From positions 42,041-101,983 of the forward strand of contig NW_015174376.1 in the NCBI RefSeq assembly GCF_001447785.1: a DNA stretch of 59,943 nt. Reading direction: 5' to 3'. Position 1 is the first letter of the stretch. Each line of letters opens with the position of its first letter. The position numbers were made by a program, and so were the translations under genes. The notes below the pieces were generated by a model. The model had not been told where the DNA came from and made no database searches. It saw only the letters and a program-made list of their open reading frames with translations. This document shows positions 12,132-26,121 of the stretch, piece after piece. This DNA comes from Gekko japonicus. Its lineage: Eukaryota.

Positions 12132-12790
12132 CCTTTTTAAAGCAGACCCACAATTTAAAAAAAATAACTTTATTTCAAGGCAAACAGGTATACAAGTAAA
12201 CATTTACAAGTCATCATGTATAGCAAAGTCTGGTTTTATTATCTCAATCTCTGTTTGAGATGTTCCAATGCCTTTCACTTACTAAAAGTTAACAATAAGA
12301 TGCACATAGCCCAAGCAGAATTGGAAGTGATATTTTGCTAAACACTATATGATAGTAGAATAAAAATAGGGCTTTAAAATGTATCTAATATATCAATTTC
12401 CTTTCCCCCCCCCTTTGTTTTGCTTGACAGCTTCATTACACTTCAGAGAAACATAAAATGTTGTTATTCGTTGATGTATGTTCAAATACCCCACCAAAAA
12501 GCACAGCTCCTGAATAATAATAAAACACCTGCAAGCTACCCATTCTGTGAAGACAAAGACACAGAATTGATTTTGTTCAAGGGCTTTTGGGTCACTGAAG
12601 GCAGACAGAAGGTTGTTGGGGGGGGGGGTTGCTTGTGCCACCAAATGCCATTGTCTTGTCAGACTGCCTCTTCCTCATGCTACTGCTCTTCAAGCTAAGT
12701 CGTTGCAGTGCCAAATTCCCTCACAGCATGCTGCTGTCTGTGTTACAGTGTGTTTGGTGTCTTTCCTATCAGTTTTCCCACAGACTTTAA

Positions 12791-13585
12791 TGTTAAACAT
12801 GGTGAAAAGTACTGGGTTCGACGCATGGAGAACTCGGACTACGACATGCGTTTATTGTACTTCCAAACAAGACACACAAAACAGCCCTGCAAGGCCAACT
12901 ATATACACTCCACCTGCCACACCTCTGTCCCCATTGGAGGGTTTGAATATCCCGCTAAGGGTGCTATTGGAGGAATCCTGGTGGACTAGAATCCTAGGTT
13001 CCCATTGTCTTTGGGACCAAGCTCCTGCTTAAGCCGCGGACCCCTAGTGGTGGTCTGCATACATAACACATGGGCACCTTTCATTACCTCAAAGAAGCCC
13101 TTTATTCCGTCTGGATTTTGGAACTGTGGGTGTCCTGTGGGAGGGCTACACAATCACCCTGAGCTTCGTCCAATTTGGATGAAGGTACAGACTCAAGACG
13201 ATGGGAGAGTATTCCAATAAAACCAATGACAAATAACTATGAAATAGAATTATGAAAACAAAACAACAATAAGTAAAGAAATAATAACAATGAAACCATA
13301 CAAAACAACCCAATAATGAAGCAGTTCCTTTTGGAATTAATAACAAAAATGAAAGAAACAAAACAAACTCCCATGTACAACCCTAGTAAATACAAGTGGA
13401 GGGTTTTAAAAACTGAGCCAAAGAAGGTAAAAGTTAGAACTACTGATGAACTTTTGGGAGAGAATGGACTGAATGCATCAAACCCCACCTTTTCCCCAGC
13501 CTACCCTGCTACCCTTGAAGAAACGATTGTAGGGCTCAGGGGAACCCTCTTGAGAAATATTCTGCATGGCTTGGTGGGGGCTACA
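12791..13585 (-). mobile_element. Candidate solo LTR (3' end firm at 12791, 5' end uncertain)
   Basis: Minus strand reads TATA-like GTATATAG (~12906), AATAAA (~12856), CpG-rich U5, ending TTTAACA; possible start TGTAG at 13585 with TTAA/TTGA TSD. Confidence 0.55.
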
Positions 13586-14919
13586 TTGAGGAGGCAGAAC
13601 TGAATGATATTGCTGTCTTCACTATTCTGTTAGTGAAGAGTGTGCTGTCAAGTTTCTTCTGCTAATAGAAAAAGGAAGGGGAAATGTTGCCCAATTTTCC
13701 CCCTCCTCACCACAGCTCCCTGTGTCATGTACTATCCTGCCCAGTTTTCCCCTCTGCACTGCAGGTCCTTGTGTCATGTACCATTCTGTCTGTGGAGGCA
13801 CCCTGACCTTCCACCATTAGCAATTCAGAAGTTGGGGAGCTGCTTGTAGACATTTCCATGAGCACCTTGCCCTCAAAGAATCCAGCCCGGTGTGCAATTT
13901 GTCTGTCTTAAAACTAAGTGTTATAGAAGCTATGTGGAAAGGCTTCCAATGCAGTGGCACTCAACTGCCACCATTTTCCCCTTGTAATAACCCTGTGCAC
14001 CATGTTACACTGACAGATGAGCTTCATGGCAGAGTTAGGATTTTAACCTGGAATGAGATCTCAGACTAACCACTATACCACACTGGCTTCCAAGTTTAGA
14101 TTTAAAGGAACAGGAAACCTTCAACATTTAAGCAACTTTACTAAGTATTGAAAAATATACACTGCTACATTAGCTGAAAAACATGATGAATACTGAGCTG
14201 TTTACAAAGTGATATCACAAGTGGTTCAACATGAACATTTATATTTGAAATAGCCTATTATCAGCTATACATATTTCTTCCAAACTGGTGGATGACCCAT
14301 TCTAAATAATCCAATCGTTTCAGTGACTTGTAAACTGGCTTTGTTTTCCTATAGGCCTCTTCTTCTGCTACCATTCTGTTCTGACTGATGGAGAGCTCTG
14401 TTAAACCAAACAGGTTGCATAATGTTGGCCAGTAAAAGATACCATCTCACAGACTTTTATCTCAGGTGCCAAACATAATGTGAAACCTTGGCATGACTAT
14501 CTGACCTGCCTCTCTCATGCTGTGCTCTCTTCAGCAGACTAAATGCAAAACCACAGACAGGCATATGGAGGAGGGGGGGGGTCACACTAGAAAAGTAATA
14601 TCGTGTGCTTTGGGCTTGATTTGTGGAACACTTTTTTAAAGTTAGACCACCGGTGTTTTAGATTAATTTAGTTTTATAGATCTCTAGATCAGACAACTGA
14701 GTTCCAGAGTCAGATTACCTCTTTTCTTTTCTTTTTTGATCTGGCAAATGTTCTTTAGAAGTTTCTCAGGCAGAGTGTTGCCTGCTGTTCACTAAAGCAC
14801 TATAAACTTCTTGGAAGTGAAGACCGGGAGCAGATGCATTTTTATTCCCTATCATTGCTGTAAGAACTTTCATTTAGGGACCATAACTGGATTAATGAGG
14901 TAGAAAGTGAGTCAAGGGT

Positions 14920-15085
14920 NNNNNNNNNNNNNNNNNNNNNNNNNNNNNNNNNNNNNNNNNNNNNNNNNNNNNNNNNNNNNNNNNNNNNNNNNNNNNNNNN
15001 NNNNNNNNNNNNNNNNNNNNNNNNNNNNNNNNNNNNNNNNNNNNNNNNNNNNNNNNNNNNNNNNNNNNNNNNNNNNNNNNNNNNN
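14920..15085. other. Assembly gap (N run)
   Basis: Run of N. Confidence 1.
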
Positions 15086-15959
15086 TCTAGAGAGTAAACA
15101 GACACGCCAATCACATTACCTTACAACTGAGTGGGAAAAAGTAGGCCTGGAAATGTATTTTGGGCAATTGCTTTAGAAGAAAATGGTAACACACACGCAT
15201 CCCAGATAAATGTGGCCATGTGGTAAACTAGATCTTCTATTTATAAACTACTGCCAGCAACTCAATAATCCATCAAAAACTGATGTAGGAAAAAAGTTGA
15301 TTAAAGGGGAAAGTACTCAGGAAAGAAATGCTTGCATCCCACCTGATACAAATATGCACCAAGTAAAGACAACTCAACTGGCCTCAATGTTAATTTTAGG
15401 CCACTAGTGAGAACAATGTTTGAAGTCTGGAATCAGATTATTTCCATTTATACAAAACAATCTGGAGGATAAGAGGATATGCATTTACCAACTATATTAA
15501 AATATATGCAATTTCCTGTCTCCTTCAAATCTGTTTGATTTAACTGTGTCAACAGATGTACCTCCTACAGAAACATCAAGACAATAGATTATCCTACGAA
15601 GAAAGGATCTTTAAAATTGGAGCCATCCCTTTCTAACCCACAGCCATGGATGTGGTTTTGTTTGATAACAGTTTCTGTCAGTTTCTCCTCTTGTCAAAGA
15701 AGATGATCGGAGTTAGTTAAGCAATATGTTTCACAGTGCCTGGGATAAAATGCTGTCATTTTCAATCTATTTAGAATGCTGGAGTTAACACATCAACTAC
15801 CTCCTGTGATAGCTTTTTATATCACTTTTGATCCATCTTTGCAAAATCATAAGAACATTTTTAGTATCTCTGATCAAATAACATTCCTTAAGATGTACTG
15901 TTTGCTATCTTCCTGGTTCTGGCAAGTTTTATCACTTTTTAGAATAATACATGGCTCAA

Positions 15960-16237
15960 GATCCAGCTTGGTGTAGTGGTTAAGAGCAGTTGATTCTAAT
16001 ATGGAGAACCGGGTTCGACTCCCCACTTTTCCACATGAAGCCAGCTAGGTGACCTTGAGTCAGTCACAGTTCTCTCAAAGCTGTTCTCTCAAGAACAGTT
16101 CTGTCAGAGCGCTCTCAGCCCCACCAACCTCACAGGGTATCTGTTGTGGGGGGAAGAAGGAAAGGCAATTGTAAGCCACTCCGAGACTCCTTCAGGTAGT
16201 GAAAAGCAGGGTATAAAAACCAACTTTTCTTCTTCTT
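15960..16237 (+). mobile_element. Squam3-like SINE
   Basis: TGGTGTAGTGGTTAAG...GGTTCGACTCC boxes; same body; TTC tail. Confidence 0.88.
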
Positions 16238-16238
16238 A

Positions 16239-16328
16239 CAGTGCAATCCTAAACCGAGTTATATGCTTCTAAGTCCATTTATAGTCAATGAGCTTAGAAA
16301 GGTGTACCTCTGCTTACAATTGCACTGT
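16239..16328. mobile_element. ~90-bp palindromic MITE
   Basis: ACAGTGCAAT...ATTGCACTGT terminal inverted repeats; a related half copy at ~5670-5714. Confidence 0.65.
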
Positions 16329-16472
16329 TATATAATTTACCCAGAACAAGCATGTCATATTGGCATTATTTCCTTAAAATGCACTTAGGATCAGATACAA
16401 TATATTTTATCTCAAGAAGGAAGTTCAGCTGCATGACTTGGAATGCAGCTCAAATGAATAAAAGGGGGACTT

Positions 16473-16615
16473 NNNNNNNNNNNNNNNNNNNNNNNNNNNN
16501 NNNNNNNNNNNNNNNNNNNNNNNNNNNNNNNNNNNNNNNNNNNNNNNNNNNNNNNNNNNNNNNNNNNNNNNNNNNNNNNNNNNNNNNNNNNNNNNNNNNN
16601 NNNNNNNNNNNNNNN
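16473..16615. other. Assembly gap (N run)
   Basis: Run of N. Confidence 1.
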
Positions 16616-18451
16616 AAATACACAGCAAGTTATTTATTTTAACTGCTGTTTTTTGTTATATTACTTTGTTAGGTGCCCTGAATGCTTTTTAAGTGGGAAA
16701 GGTAGGGTAGAATTTTTAAATAACCAATGCAGTTCAGTCCTCATTGTCTGTATTAAGTCTGTAATAATGCAAACATCTGCCTCTGCCCACTGCCAGAGGA
16801 AACCTTCTACCCAGCTAATTAACTGGTTGTTAATCACTCTATGATGCTTTGTATTAGGCCCATTCCTCCCCTTGCTTGGGCATATATAATCATGCAACAG
16901 CTCTGGACATGCATTTTTGTTTTTGGTTTTGGTTTTCAAGTCATGTTGCATTGAAAAGCAGGCACAGCAGCTTTATACTCATATGAGGCCAGATCACTAG
17001 TTGCTTTTGAACTAGTAAATTCCAGAATGACTTGAGGAAAAAGGAAGGAAGGAAGGAAAGGCAGAACTAGGACTCTTTAAATAAAGGCTATATATTTCAG
17101 CCATTTCATAGAAGCCTAATTAAGTGGACCATGCATCTGTGAAATATATTCCCACCTAGCATGTAATGCCAAGCTCTTGTAAACAAATTCCTTTGTAAAA
17201 CAGACATGACTGTGTAATGATGTTTTTATGTCACAGTAGATGTGCAGAATTTGGTGAATGTTAACATGCACATGTGAATGAATACTGACAACCCTGGATA
17301 AACTTTTATGAATGTCCAGAACTTGCTGGTGAATGTTGACAGTAACCTAGATATGCTTGTCAGGATTCAACTGGAATAAGTCTGAAGAGTAAGAAAATAA
17401 AGACACCTATTTCCAGATATTCAGAACATTCATAACTGATTGCTTACATTTACCAGAATTTGAACACTTACTGTAATACTAAATGAGGGAAATGACGTAG
17501 TGAAGGAATATACAAAGTACTTTGAGAAAAGACACCGGATTTCTATTAATTATTGACTATATTGTTTTGTGGCCATTTCCTCTACTTTGTGAAACATCCT
17601 AGTTCCCCTGGATTAATTGTTATGCTATCCTCTGTGGTTTAGTTGCTGAATGTTATCATAGAGGATCTTGTTGAGCTAATATGAGATAGAATAAGAGATT
17701 CTTTCTAAAGCATTCCCTGTAAGAAAGATTTATAAAAACCCTACGGAGACAAGCTACTTTTCATATTTGCCATCTGGTAATAGCAGCTAGTTCCCACTCT
17801 TGGCATCTGCTGTCCATTTGGGCAGCTGCTCAGGATGAAGGGAAACTGTTATCAGAGCACACAACATGATAAACAAATTAATATAATGACTCAATGCAGC
17901 AAGAGCAGAGCCAACAGGGAGGCCAAGCAATTCGGTAAGTGTATTTAGAGGAGATGCAGTGGGCCAAATTGTGTCCCGTCCTTCGTTACATCTGGACAAT
18001 TCCAACTGAGTACACTGGAGGGGCTATTATAATTGGAAGCAGAATTTGGACCATTTGTGCACAAATTAACCCAACAGTTGTATCACTGAGGTCTGATAAA
18101 TTGTCTGTCTGCGCACCATGTATTAAGCTTCCAACAAAGCAGCTGAGATCATATGCAAATGCTGACATCCATTACCAAACAAGCCTAAAAACCACTGAAG
18201 TTGTTGTTTCAGTTTTGGAAAGCAAAGACTCTTCCAGACTTATCTGTTGATTTTAGAAAAAAAATGGCAAATCTTTTCCTCTCACTTTTCATGATGACAT
18301 TACAGCTGGAAACAACAGTAACACATCAAAAACAAGACCATACAGAGCACAGCCGGGGAGCATTAAATCTTCCTAGACATTCTGAGAACTTATAATGGCT
18401 ATGCAGGCTCTTTCCAGAATTAAAGTAAGGGTAATAATAACTTCGTCTGTT

Positions 18452-19008
18452 GCAAGATGTCATAGTCCTGCTGTACACTGCATTGGTCAGGCCACACCCG
18501 GAGTATTGTGTGTAGTTCTGGAAGCCTCACTTCAAAATGGATGTGGACAGAATGGAGCGGGTGCAGAGGAGAGTGACAAGGATGATCAGGGGCTTGGAGA
18601 CCAAGCTCTATGAGGAAAGGCTGAGGGACTTGGGAATGTTTAGTCTGGAGAAGAGGAGGTTGAGGGGAGAAATGATTGTTCTTTTTAAGTATTTGAAGGG
18701 CTGTCACTTAAAGGAGGGCCGGGAGCTGTTCCTGCTGGCAGCAGAGGATAGGACTCACAATAATGGGCTTAAATTAAGGGTGGGAATGTACCAGCTGTAT
18801 GTCAGGAAAAACTTTTCTACAGTAAGACTTGTGCAACAATGGAATCACCTGCCTAGAGAGGTAGTGAGCTCCCCCTCACCGGCAGTCTTTAAGCAGGGGC
18901 TGGACAAACAGTTGTCAGGGATGCTCTAGGCTAATCCTGCATCGAGCAAGGGGTTGGACTAGATAGCCTGTATGACCCCTTCCAACTCTGTGATTCTATG
19001 ATTCTATG
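18452..19008 (+). mobile_element. CR1 LINE 3' end
   Basis: ERVQRRVTRMIRGLE...YEERLRDLGMFSLEKRRLRG, WNHLPREVV; (ATTCTATG)n octamer tail. Confidence 0.95.
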
Positions 19009-19131
19009 TTCTCTCTTTCCCCCCCTCTTTTCTATGCCACAGAATGTGAAGTGGTGTATATGGGATGCCCAGACTGGCAGTCTCAGGCCTGCTAAGTATC
19101 AGTAAGGTTGCTGTGATGTATTAGTGGTAAA

Positions 19132-19623
19132 CAGGGGTCATTTCATAGAAAAAGAGCTTCAGGAGCTCATTAGCATATCTAATAAGCTATTCTCATAATA
19201 GCTCATTAGCATATGCTACACCGGAAGTGATGTCAGAAGGGGAAGCAAAAAGGGGGGGAGGCATCTTTAAAAACCTCCCCTTCCCTTCCCCAGCTGGCTT
19301 TTGAAGATGCCTTCCCCCTTTTTTTGCTTTGCCAGCCAGCCTGTCAAGGCGGGGGGGGGGGGCAGGGACGAAGAGAGAAGGGGTTTAAACTTTAAACCCC
19401 TTCTCTCTGGAGTCGTGCCGCAGTGGAGGTGCAGTCTTTCCATTATATTCTATGGGGCCATAGAATATAATGGAAAGATCACACCACAGCAGCGGCGCGA
19501 CTGTAGAAAAAAGGAGCGCGGGGGCGGGGAGCTGGGGGCGGGGCTTTCTGCCACCGCCATTTGTGCCTGCTCCTGGGCTACCGGAGCAGTGCTTCGATGC
19601 CCTCCGGCCTCAAATGACCCCTA
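19132..19623. mobile_element. hAT MITE
   Basis: TIR CAGGGGTCATTT / AAATGACCCCTA; 8-bp TSD GTGGTAAA (19124-19131) / GCGGTAAA (19624-19631). Confidence 0.88.
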
Positions 19624-22109
19624 GCGGTAAACATCCCCATCCCCTTGTAATAGAAGGGGAAATGTTCTCCATATCTCCATGCTGTGGAGCTAGCCTTAAA
19701 CTTCTGCTTCAAAAAACCTATCTGTCCCTCAGGTACCACTGCATTTTTTGTCAAAAGCACCTCTGAGCCACGAAGCACCTAAGATGCAATAAAATAATTA
19801 TAAAGCAGTGACTCTGTACAAGATATTCAGCAAAGAACCTTTGTCCCTGCTGCTACTGGGTCCCTTTTGGAGTTGCGTTTCACAGAGCTGACCCTGACCA
19901 CACTATTCAGAGGCTGCTGCAACCATGGTGCCTTTTCAGAAGAACTGGAACACCAGCCGCAGGTAACTTAACTGAGCCACCTGACCCCCCATCCACAACA
20001 TTTTTTAAAAGGCTGTTGCAAGCCTTCCAGCTGAGCTCACAAACATCCACCATCTGGCCGATACAGGTTTGAACAACCATCCCCAATGCCAGCATGTCAA
20101 AAAAAAAAAATCCTGAGAGGGACTGTCTGTTTGTTAATGCATCTCTTAACTTTCAGACAAGTTTTGTCCATATTAGCAGGATTCAAAGCTCTATGCTATA
20201 CTCACCTGGGCAACATCTGTGTCCCCAAAATAATGAACATTGGGATTATTGCCCCCTTATTAATTCAGTCTTTTAGGACTCTGATCATTAAATCAGTCCC
20301 AGACAGCTTGGGTAGATCATTTTCAACCAGGTGATTAGTCTCTAAGGTTCTGCAACATTATGGTGTCAAGAAATGGCCTTACCTGTAGTTAGTCCTTAGT
20401 TAGCTGTTGTCTCAGTCCCAGAGTTTTTCTTTCTTGTAATGTTTACTTTTGTTTTCCATACCAGTCTTAACTTTACTGAACTTCAGTTCTGTTGCTGATC
20501 AGGCTGTTTCTAAAGCTCCTGCTTTTGACACTTGATACATTTTCAAAAGCAAAATTGGATTGTGGGTTGGTTAGTTATGGCTTACAGATGCAGACTGTAT
20601 GCACATACACTGGCTCAGCTATCACAGATAACATAACAATAACAATGATCTGAAAAAGAGGCCCTCAGTTAGGAGAGCTGCCCTACAGTGTCTGACCAAA
20701 ATTGGAATTTAACATTTGAGTTATATATTCAATTGACCTTAATATGTACAATATAAGCAAGGTCAGGTATCTGTTACTAAAAAGAACATTTGAATGATGA
20801 AGAAAAGTGAGTCCTCAAGTCAAGCTGGTACTAAGCAAGTTATTGGTATGGGAAAGGATTGACATTTGGTTAGCATTCAGTTTGTGAGCTCCCCCACCTA
20901 ACATCTGGAAGGTTATTTTGATTCTTCCATCAGGCACAATGTTGTAATCTTGGCACCTTTTGGTAAAAGTGCTTTGAAGCACTGTGTTTAATTATTTACA
21001 ATTTAAATATTCATGGATTTGTATAGTCTTTATCTCTAATTATATTTGTGATGAATAATTGAATGGGCATGTAACTGCGCTCTGCTTCACCTATTTCAGG
21101 ACTTGTAAGAATAAGATTTGAATGTTGATGAGTTTATTCCTGAGAAGGAAAAAAAAATTATTAAGAATTGATGCAAACTGAACAAAATGAACCAATAATA
21201 AATGCAGAAGTAAAAGATCCTTATCTAGGAATTTATCATATTAGAAATAATAGCCATACCCCAGTGAACTTTTTATAAAAAATCAGAGATATACTGTTCC
21301 ATTTTAATTCATACAGTTGAAAAACAAAACAAAATAACATAAATGGTGCTAGGACATTTCTGCTCAGTCCTCTGTCCTACATGGTCTTACAAGGTTCCAT
21401 CCTGTCTCCCATGTTTTCTAACACCTACATGAAACCAGTATGACAGATTACTGAAGGATTTAGGGTGAGTTGCCATCAACAGGCAGATGACACTGAACTT
21501 TTTCTGTCCTTTCCATCTAGATCCAGAGACACTGTGGAGAAGCTTAACAAGTATCTGGCAGCTGAAAGGGACTGGATGAGGATACAAAAACAAATTAGAT
21601 CCAAGTAAAATTGCTGTGGCTTGGGCATAAAGCTGATCTGGGAACCGTTACTGGTGTTGTACACTGAAATAGTAAGCTCACAATTTGTGTTTGTGTTTGG
21701 AAGCCTCATTGACCCTAGATGCACAAGTGGGAGCTGTGCTCCTCCTTGCTGGTCATACTGCACCTGGGCCAGCACAGAGCAAAGTCAGGAACTATCATGC
21801 TCATGCCGTTCCTTACCACCCACACCATGGGGAGAGGGTCTGGGACAGGCAGCTCTCTAGAGCAGCAGTCCATTCATATTTCACCCAGTACTTCTTTGTT
21901 ACCATGGCATCAGCTACTTCACAATCATCCCAATTGTTTAAGGTATCTCAACATTTGCTAACTCCTAAATCTGAGTCTCTATTGTCTCAAGAACAGCTAG
22001 TGCTGTGATGCTTTTGCAGTTTTTTTGCTGATAAAATCTCATGAATACATTCTAATCAGGATGTTTGTTGTAATATGGCTCAAATAGAATACATGTATAA
22101 TATATTGTC

Positions 22110-23319
22110 AGGTCCATTTTGACCCAGTTACTGTGATGGATGTTAACAGAACTTTAGGATTTATGAAGACCACCACTTGTGCTCTGTATCCTTGTCCATC
22201 TGATTGCTGAAACCATGTAAGGACCACATTAACAAGTAATGGATGCCCATCAAAACTCAGTCACTGACTCCAGGTGCCTTTCCCTGGCAACTCAAAGAGG
22301 TGGTTATCCATCCACTACTTCAAAAACCATCCTTACAGAAAAATGATTTGGCCAATTATTGTCCAGTCTCTGATCTTCCCTTTCTGGGCAAAGTGATTGA
22401 GAGCAGTGGTGGACCAATTCTAGGCTTTCATGGACAATTCATGTGCTCTGGACCCTTTTCTATCTGGTGTCAGGCCAAGCTGGTACCGTTACTTGATGAT
22501 CTCTGTCTGAATGTAGACAAAGGACAAAATGCTGCACCTCTGTTATTATCAGGAGTTAGAGTTAGATTCGACTGGCTTTCGAGCAAGGGAAACCTTTACC
22601 TTTACTTAAATGGAACATGCATATTGCACCCATTCTGCAGTCATTCCATTGGATGCCCATCATTTATCAGGTTCAAGTCAAAGTGCTGGTTATAACATAC
22701 AAAGCCCTTCCTGTCCTTAGACCCTCATACCTGCAGGACTACCTCTCTTCCTATGCTCTACCTTGACAGCTTTTTTTCATCTGAGCAGGGTCTTCTGCAG
22801 GTTCAGGGGGGAGACAGAAGCTGCTCATTCCCTTGTGCTGCAGTTCCTGCAAGATCAGACACCCATGACAATTTTAAAAGTAAAAAAAACAGGCTCCAAA
22901 ATGGTGCTGCAGCCCTTCAGTGGACTCAGGGATGCATTATTGGCTAGCTTTACCCTATATAAAACAGAATTGTTCAGGAGGGCATTTTTACAAAGGAAGC
23001 AGGGTTATATTATAACACAATGGATCAGGAAGGTGCTTTTATAAAGGGAATAGGGTTGGATACCATTATGTATAAAATGTGTTATCTGTCTGTTGTATGC
23101 ATTATCCTTCTTTCATTGTATTGTTTTTATACTTACCTAGCACCATTTTCTGCATTAACATATGTCTAATATTTTTGGTTTATTTAGAATTTTCTGCAAT
23201 CCTACTCCAATTGCATTGCTTGCTAGATGTCACATCCTGTTGATTGAATCCTGTTGATTGTATCGATCCACCTTGAGACTCAGTGAGAAAGGCGGGCTAT
23301 AAATAAATAGATAAATAAA
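22110..23319 (+). mobile_element. Internally deleted L2 LINE with a Sauria-SINE 3' tail fragment inserted at ~22558-22605
   Basis: LKEVVIHPLLQKPSL...LANYCPVSDLPFLGKVIE; 3' end CCACCTTGAGACTCAGTGAGAAAGGCGGGCTATAAATAAAT; inserted ...GATTCGACTGGC...ACCTTTACCTTTAC. Confidence 0.82.
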
Positions 23320-24779
23320 GTAAATGGCCAACACACTGCTGCTGAAAAAGGAATTGTCTTTTCTTGTAATAGATTAAATAATATATCACCCTGCTTGGTT
23401 GATTCAAATCCCATGACTGAATCTCTGCAATCATTATGAGGGTCTTGGACATGTTTCACAGGGTGTAAGAACCCATCTTGTCCCACATCCTAGACATAAC
23501 TTAGATTGACTTCATGTATCAAGGTTTTACATTATTTTGTATTAAGAATACCCATAGCCACTCTGTGGTTCCAAAATTAGTATTCAACTCTCTCAGTGCA
23601 ATTTCTGTCTCTCCCTTTGCACTCTGTCATTAAATCAATGCATATGCAATAGCAATTGGACACTGATAATGAGCACCTGGGATATAACATACAATGGGGA
23701 GAAGGACCGTGGAAATAACCTTCTTCCTCTTCCTATCTATCCATTCCCCTTGCACTTGTCTTTTTAAGGAATGGATTGTGTGTCCTCATGACATCTCTCA
23801 CTTACATCCATGAATGGCAATCGAGAGCAGAGGCAGGTGTGAGTGACACTGTAATTACTAGATAATTGGATGTCATTAATTGAACACAGTGAAATCTCAC
23901 CTCAGGACCAAAATCTATTGTTCTCTTTTCTGTAGTTTTCTTGCCAATTCTTACCATAAGGATTTCGGTTAGCTTTTATCGAAACCATCTAGTATAGAAT
24001 TCCTATGTGTTACATTGCATATTATTGAATTCCTCCTTGAAAGGGCATTCATTGTTCCCACTGCCACCCCTTGTCTTCTCAATGTTAATGCTATTTCTTA
24101 ATGAAGCACACAGATGTGTGATCAAGGAAAACTTGAAGACCCTCTTGCATTCAAGTGAACTTTTCCAATTACTTTCCATTCAGCCTATTTTTTGTGGGCC
24201 TTTTGTCCTACCCATTGTTATAAGGAATACCAGCTGCAGACCGGAGACGGAGGGACAGAGATGTGAAAATACCTTCACCCTTCCCCCATAAATGTTCTTC
24301 CCCACATACTTGTTTGACCACATGCAACTTGCTCTGTTACTCTTGCTGTCCTCTGTCTCCCTTGTTGGTGGTCAAAAAGAGAAGGGGGTGGGGCACATAC
24401 CACCCCTTATGTGGCCTTTGTCCCTCCCACACCCACAAATGTGTTACAATGGAGACTGTGTCGTGATATCCAGCTCTCACATCTGCCTGCTGATGCAAAT
24501 CAGCCCCTTCCCAACTCTTCTTTGCATCAAGGGTTCAATAACTCTCTTCTGATGGACAGCCTGCATTACTGACCCAGTGGCATGATGCTCTACCCTTTAA
24601 GACCTAGCTGAAATGGCTTGGATTGCACTTGAGGATGCCTGGGGGACAGAACTGCCTTATTGGTTGCCAGTTTGTCACCAGCTTACTAACAGATTCAGTC
24701 TGTCAATTGGATCCAGTCATGGACTATAATATAATAAACTGAACTGAACAGATTAAGTCCCATTGATATTGTTGATATT

Positions 24780-25062
24780 GAGAGCCAGTTTGGTGTAGTG
24801 GTTACGTGCGCAGACTCTAATCTGTGAGAACTGGGTTTGATTCCCCACTCCTCCACTTGACCTTGGCCAAGCCATAGTTCCGTCAGAGCTGCTCTCTCAA
24901 GGACAGTTCTCTCAAGAGCTCTCTCAGCCCCACCTACCTCACAGGGTGTCTATTGTGGGGAGGGGAAGGGATAGGAGCTTGTAAACTACTCTGAGAAGAG
25001 CAGGATATAAATCCAATCTCATCCTCCTCATCCTCTTCCTCCTCTTCCTCTTCTTCTTCTTC
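24780..25062 (+). mobile_element. Squam3-like SINE
   Basis: GAGAGCCAGTTTGGTGTAGTGG head; TCC/TTC tail. Confidence 0.88.
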
Positions 25063-25426
25063 AAGGTACATGTATTTTTAATTACATGTTGCATTTAATT
25101 ATACAGATAAAGGTTTATATTTTAGATCATTAAAGTACTGCCAAATTCCCAATTAAAATAATGGGGAAAGGAGCAGGAGCTGTTTGGTGTTAGTTTTGTT
25201 TTCAAAACTAAAGTGCACAAAAGTGAAATTATACCTCCAACAAATAAGAGCAATTTTAAGATTGTGGACAAAAGATCACATATGGAAATTATTAGTTTAT
25301 GAAGGCCTCCAAAAAGGAGAGGGCCTCTCCAGGCCAACTCCAACTTGGGAAATTTCTGGCGATTGGGGAGTGTTGCCTGCAGAGGGCAGAGTCTGAGGAG
25401 GGGAGGACGTTTGGCAGGGTCTTCCC

Positions 25427-26121
25427 TAGCCCCGTAGCTAGACAGTTTTTGTTGGGGGGACACTGGGGGGCACAAAAATAATAAAGTAAAATAAAAGTAG
25501 AGAGAGAAGCACAAGCCCGAATTCAGGCAACAAACTTTGGTGTTCGTCGTCAGCACTTCACTATTTACTCCTCTCTATTGACAGCCTCGACTGCACCTGT
25601 GCTGAAAGGAAGGCTGCACCCTCTGTAAGTTTTTTTTAAAAGGTGACGTGGCACTCCCCCATTGCCATGGAAACTGGAGGGAGTGGCTGCTGCTCCATAG
25701 GGAGAGCACAGTGCACTCCTTGCCCCTGTACAGAGGAGGAGAGAGGCCTTGCTGCTGGCTGGAGGAGGGACTGTGGAGGAGGGAGCCTGAGGGCAGTTCC
25801 TGTCAACATTCGCAGGATTGCCCCTCAGATGCAGAGGTCTGAAGCAGCATGCTTGCCTCTGGCAGCCGCTGGGATACGATACAGCCTGTTTCTCTCTACA
25901 GGAAGGGCTGCTGGGCTCTCCTTCAGCACAGGAATGGTGTTTCAGGGGCAGTCGCCTTGGCTCCCTGAAGCGCTGCCTCAGTCTTTTTGAAAACTGGTGC
26001 ACGACCTGAGCTTGTCCATGTGATGCACTGGGGTGGGTGGATCTGGCATCCTCCCAGGGTGGGGGTGTCACTGATTTGGGAGGGGGTGGCGACCCCACTG
26101 CCCTGCCTTGCTACAGCCCTG
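25427..26121. mobile_element. hAT-like non-autonomous element nested in a GTTGCCA MITE (25329-25426 + 26122-26224)
   Basis: Ends TAGCCCCGTAGCTAG / TTGCTACAGCCCTG; degenerate 8-bp TSD GTCTTCCC / GTCCTCTG; MITE sequence resumes on the right. Confidence 0.55.

Noticed and set aside
12708-13220. Long plus-strand frame with one stop, a good splice acceptor and a PIWMKV..DG motif faintly like a parvovirus capsid
   Set aside because: The minus strand shows TATA, AATAAA and an AACA terminus of an LTR; the frame is antisense to it and the viral resemblance is only a few residues.
12791-14126. 1.3-kb foamy/ERV-L-sized LTR defined by a TTTAA duplication at 14127
   Set aside because: The extra interval looks like ordinary genomic DNA with a SINE fragment, and an AT-rich 5-mer can match by chance.
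14842-16642. ORFs spanning X runs
   Set aside because: Artefacts of assembly gaps.
17833-17940. Plus-strand exon ending in a perfect GTAAGT donor
   Set aside because: Unrecognisable peptide and no partner exons; cannot be supported without expression data.
25565-26098. Overlapping 115-177-aa ORFs
   Set aside because: GC-rich interior of a non-autonomous transposon; no recognisable domain.
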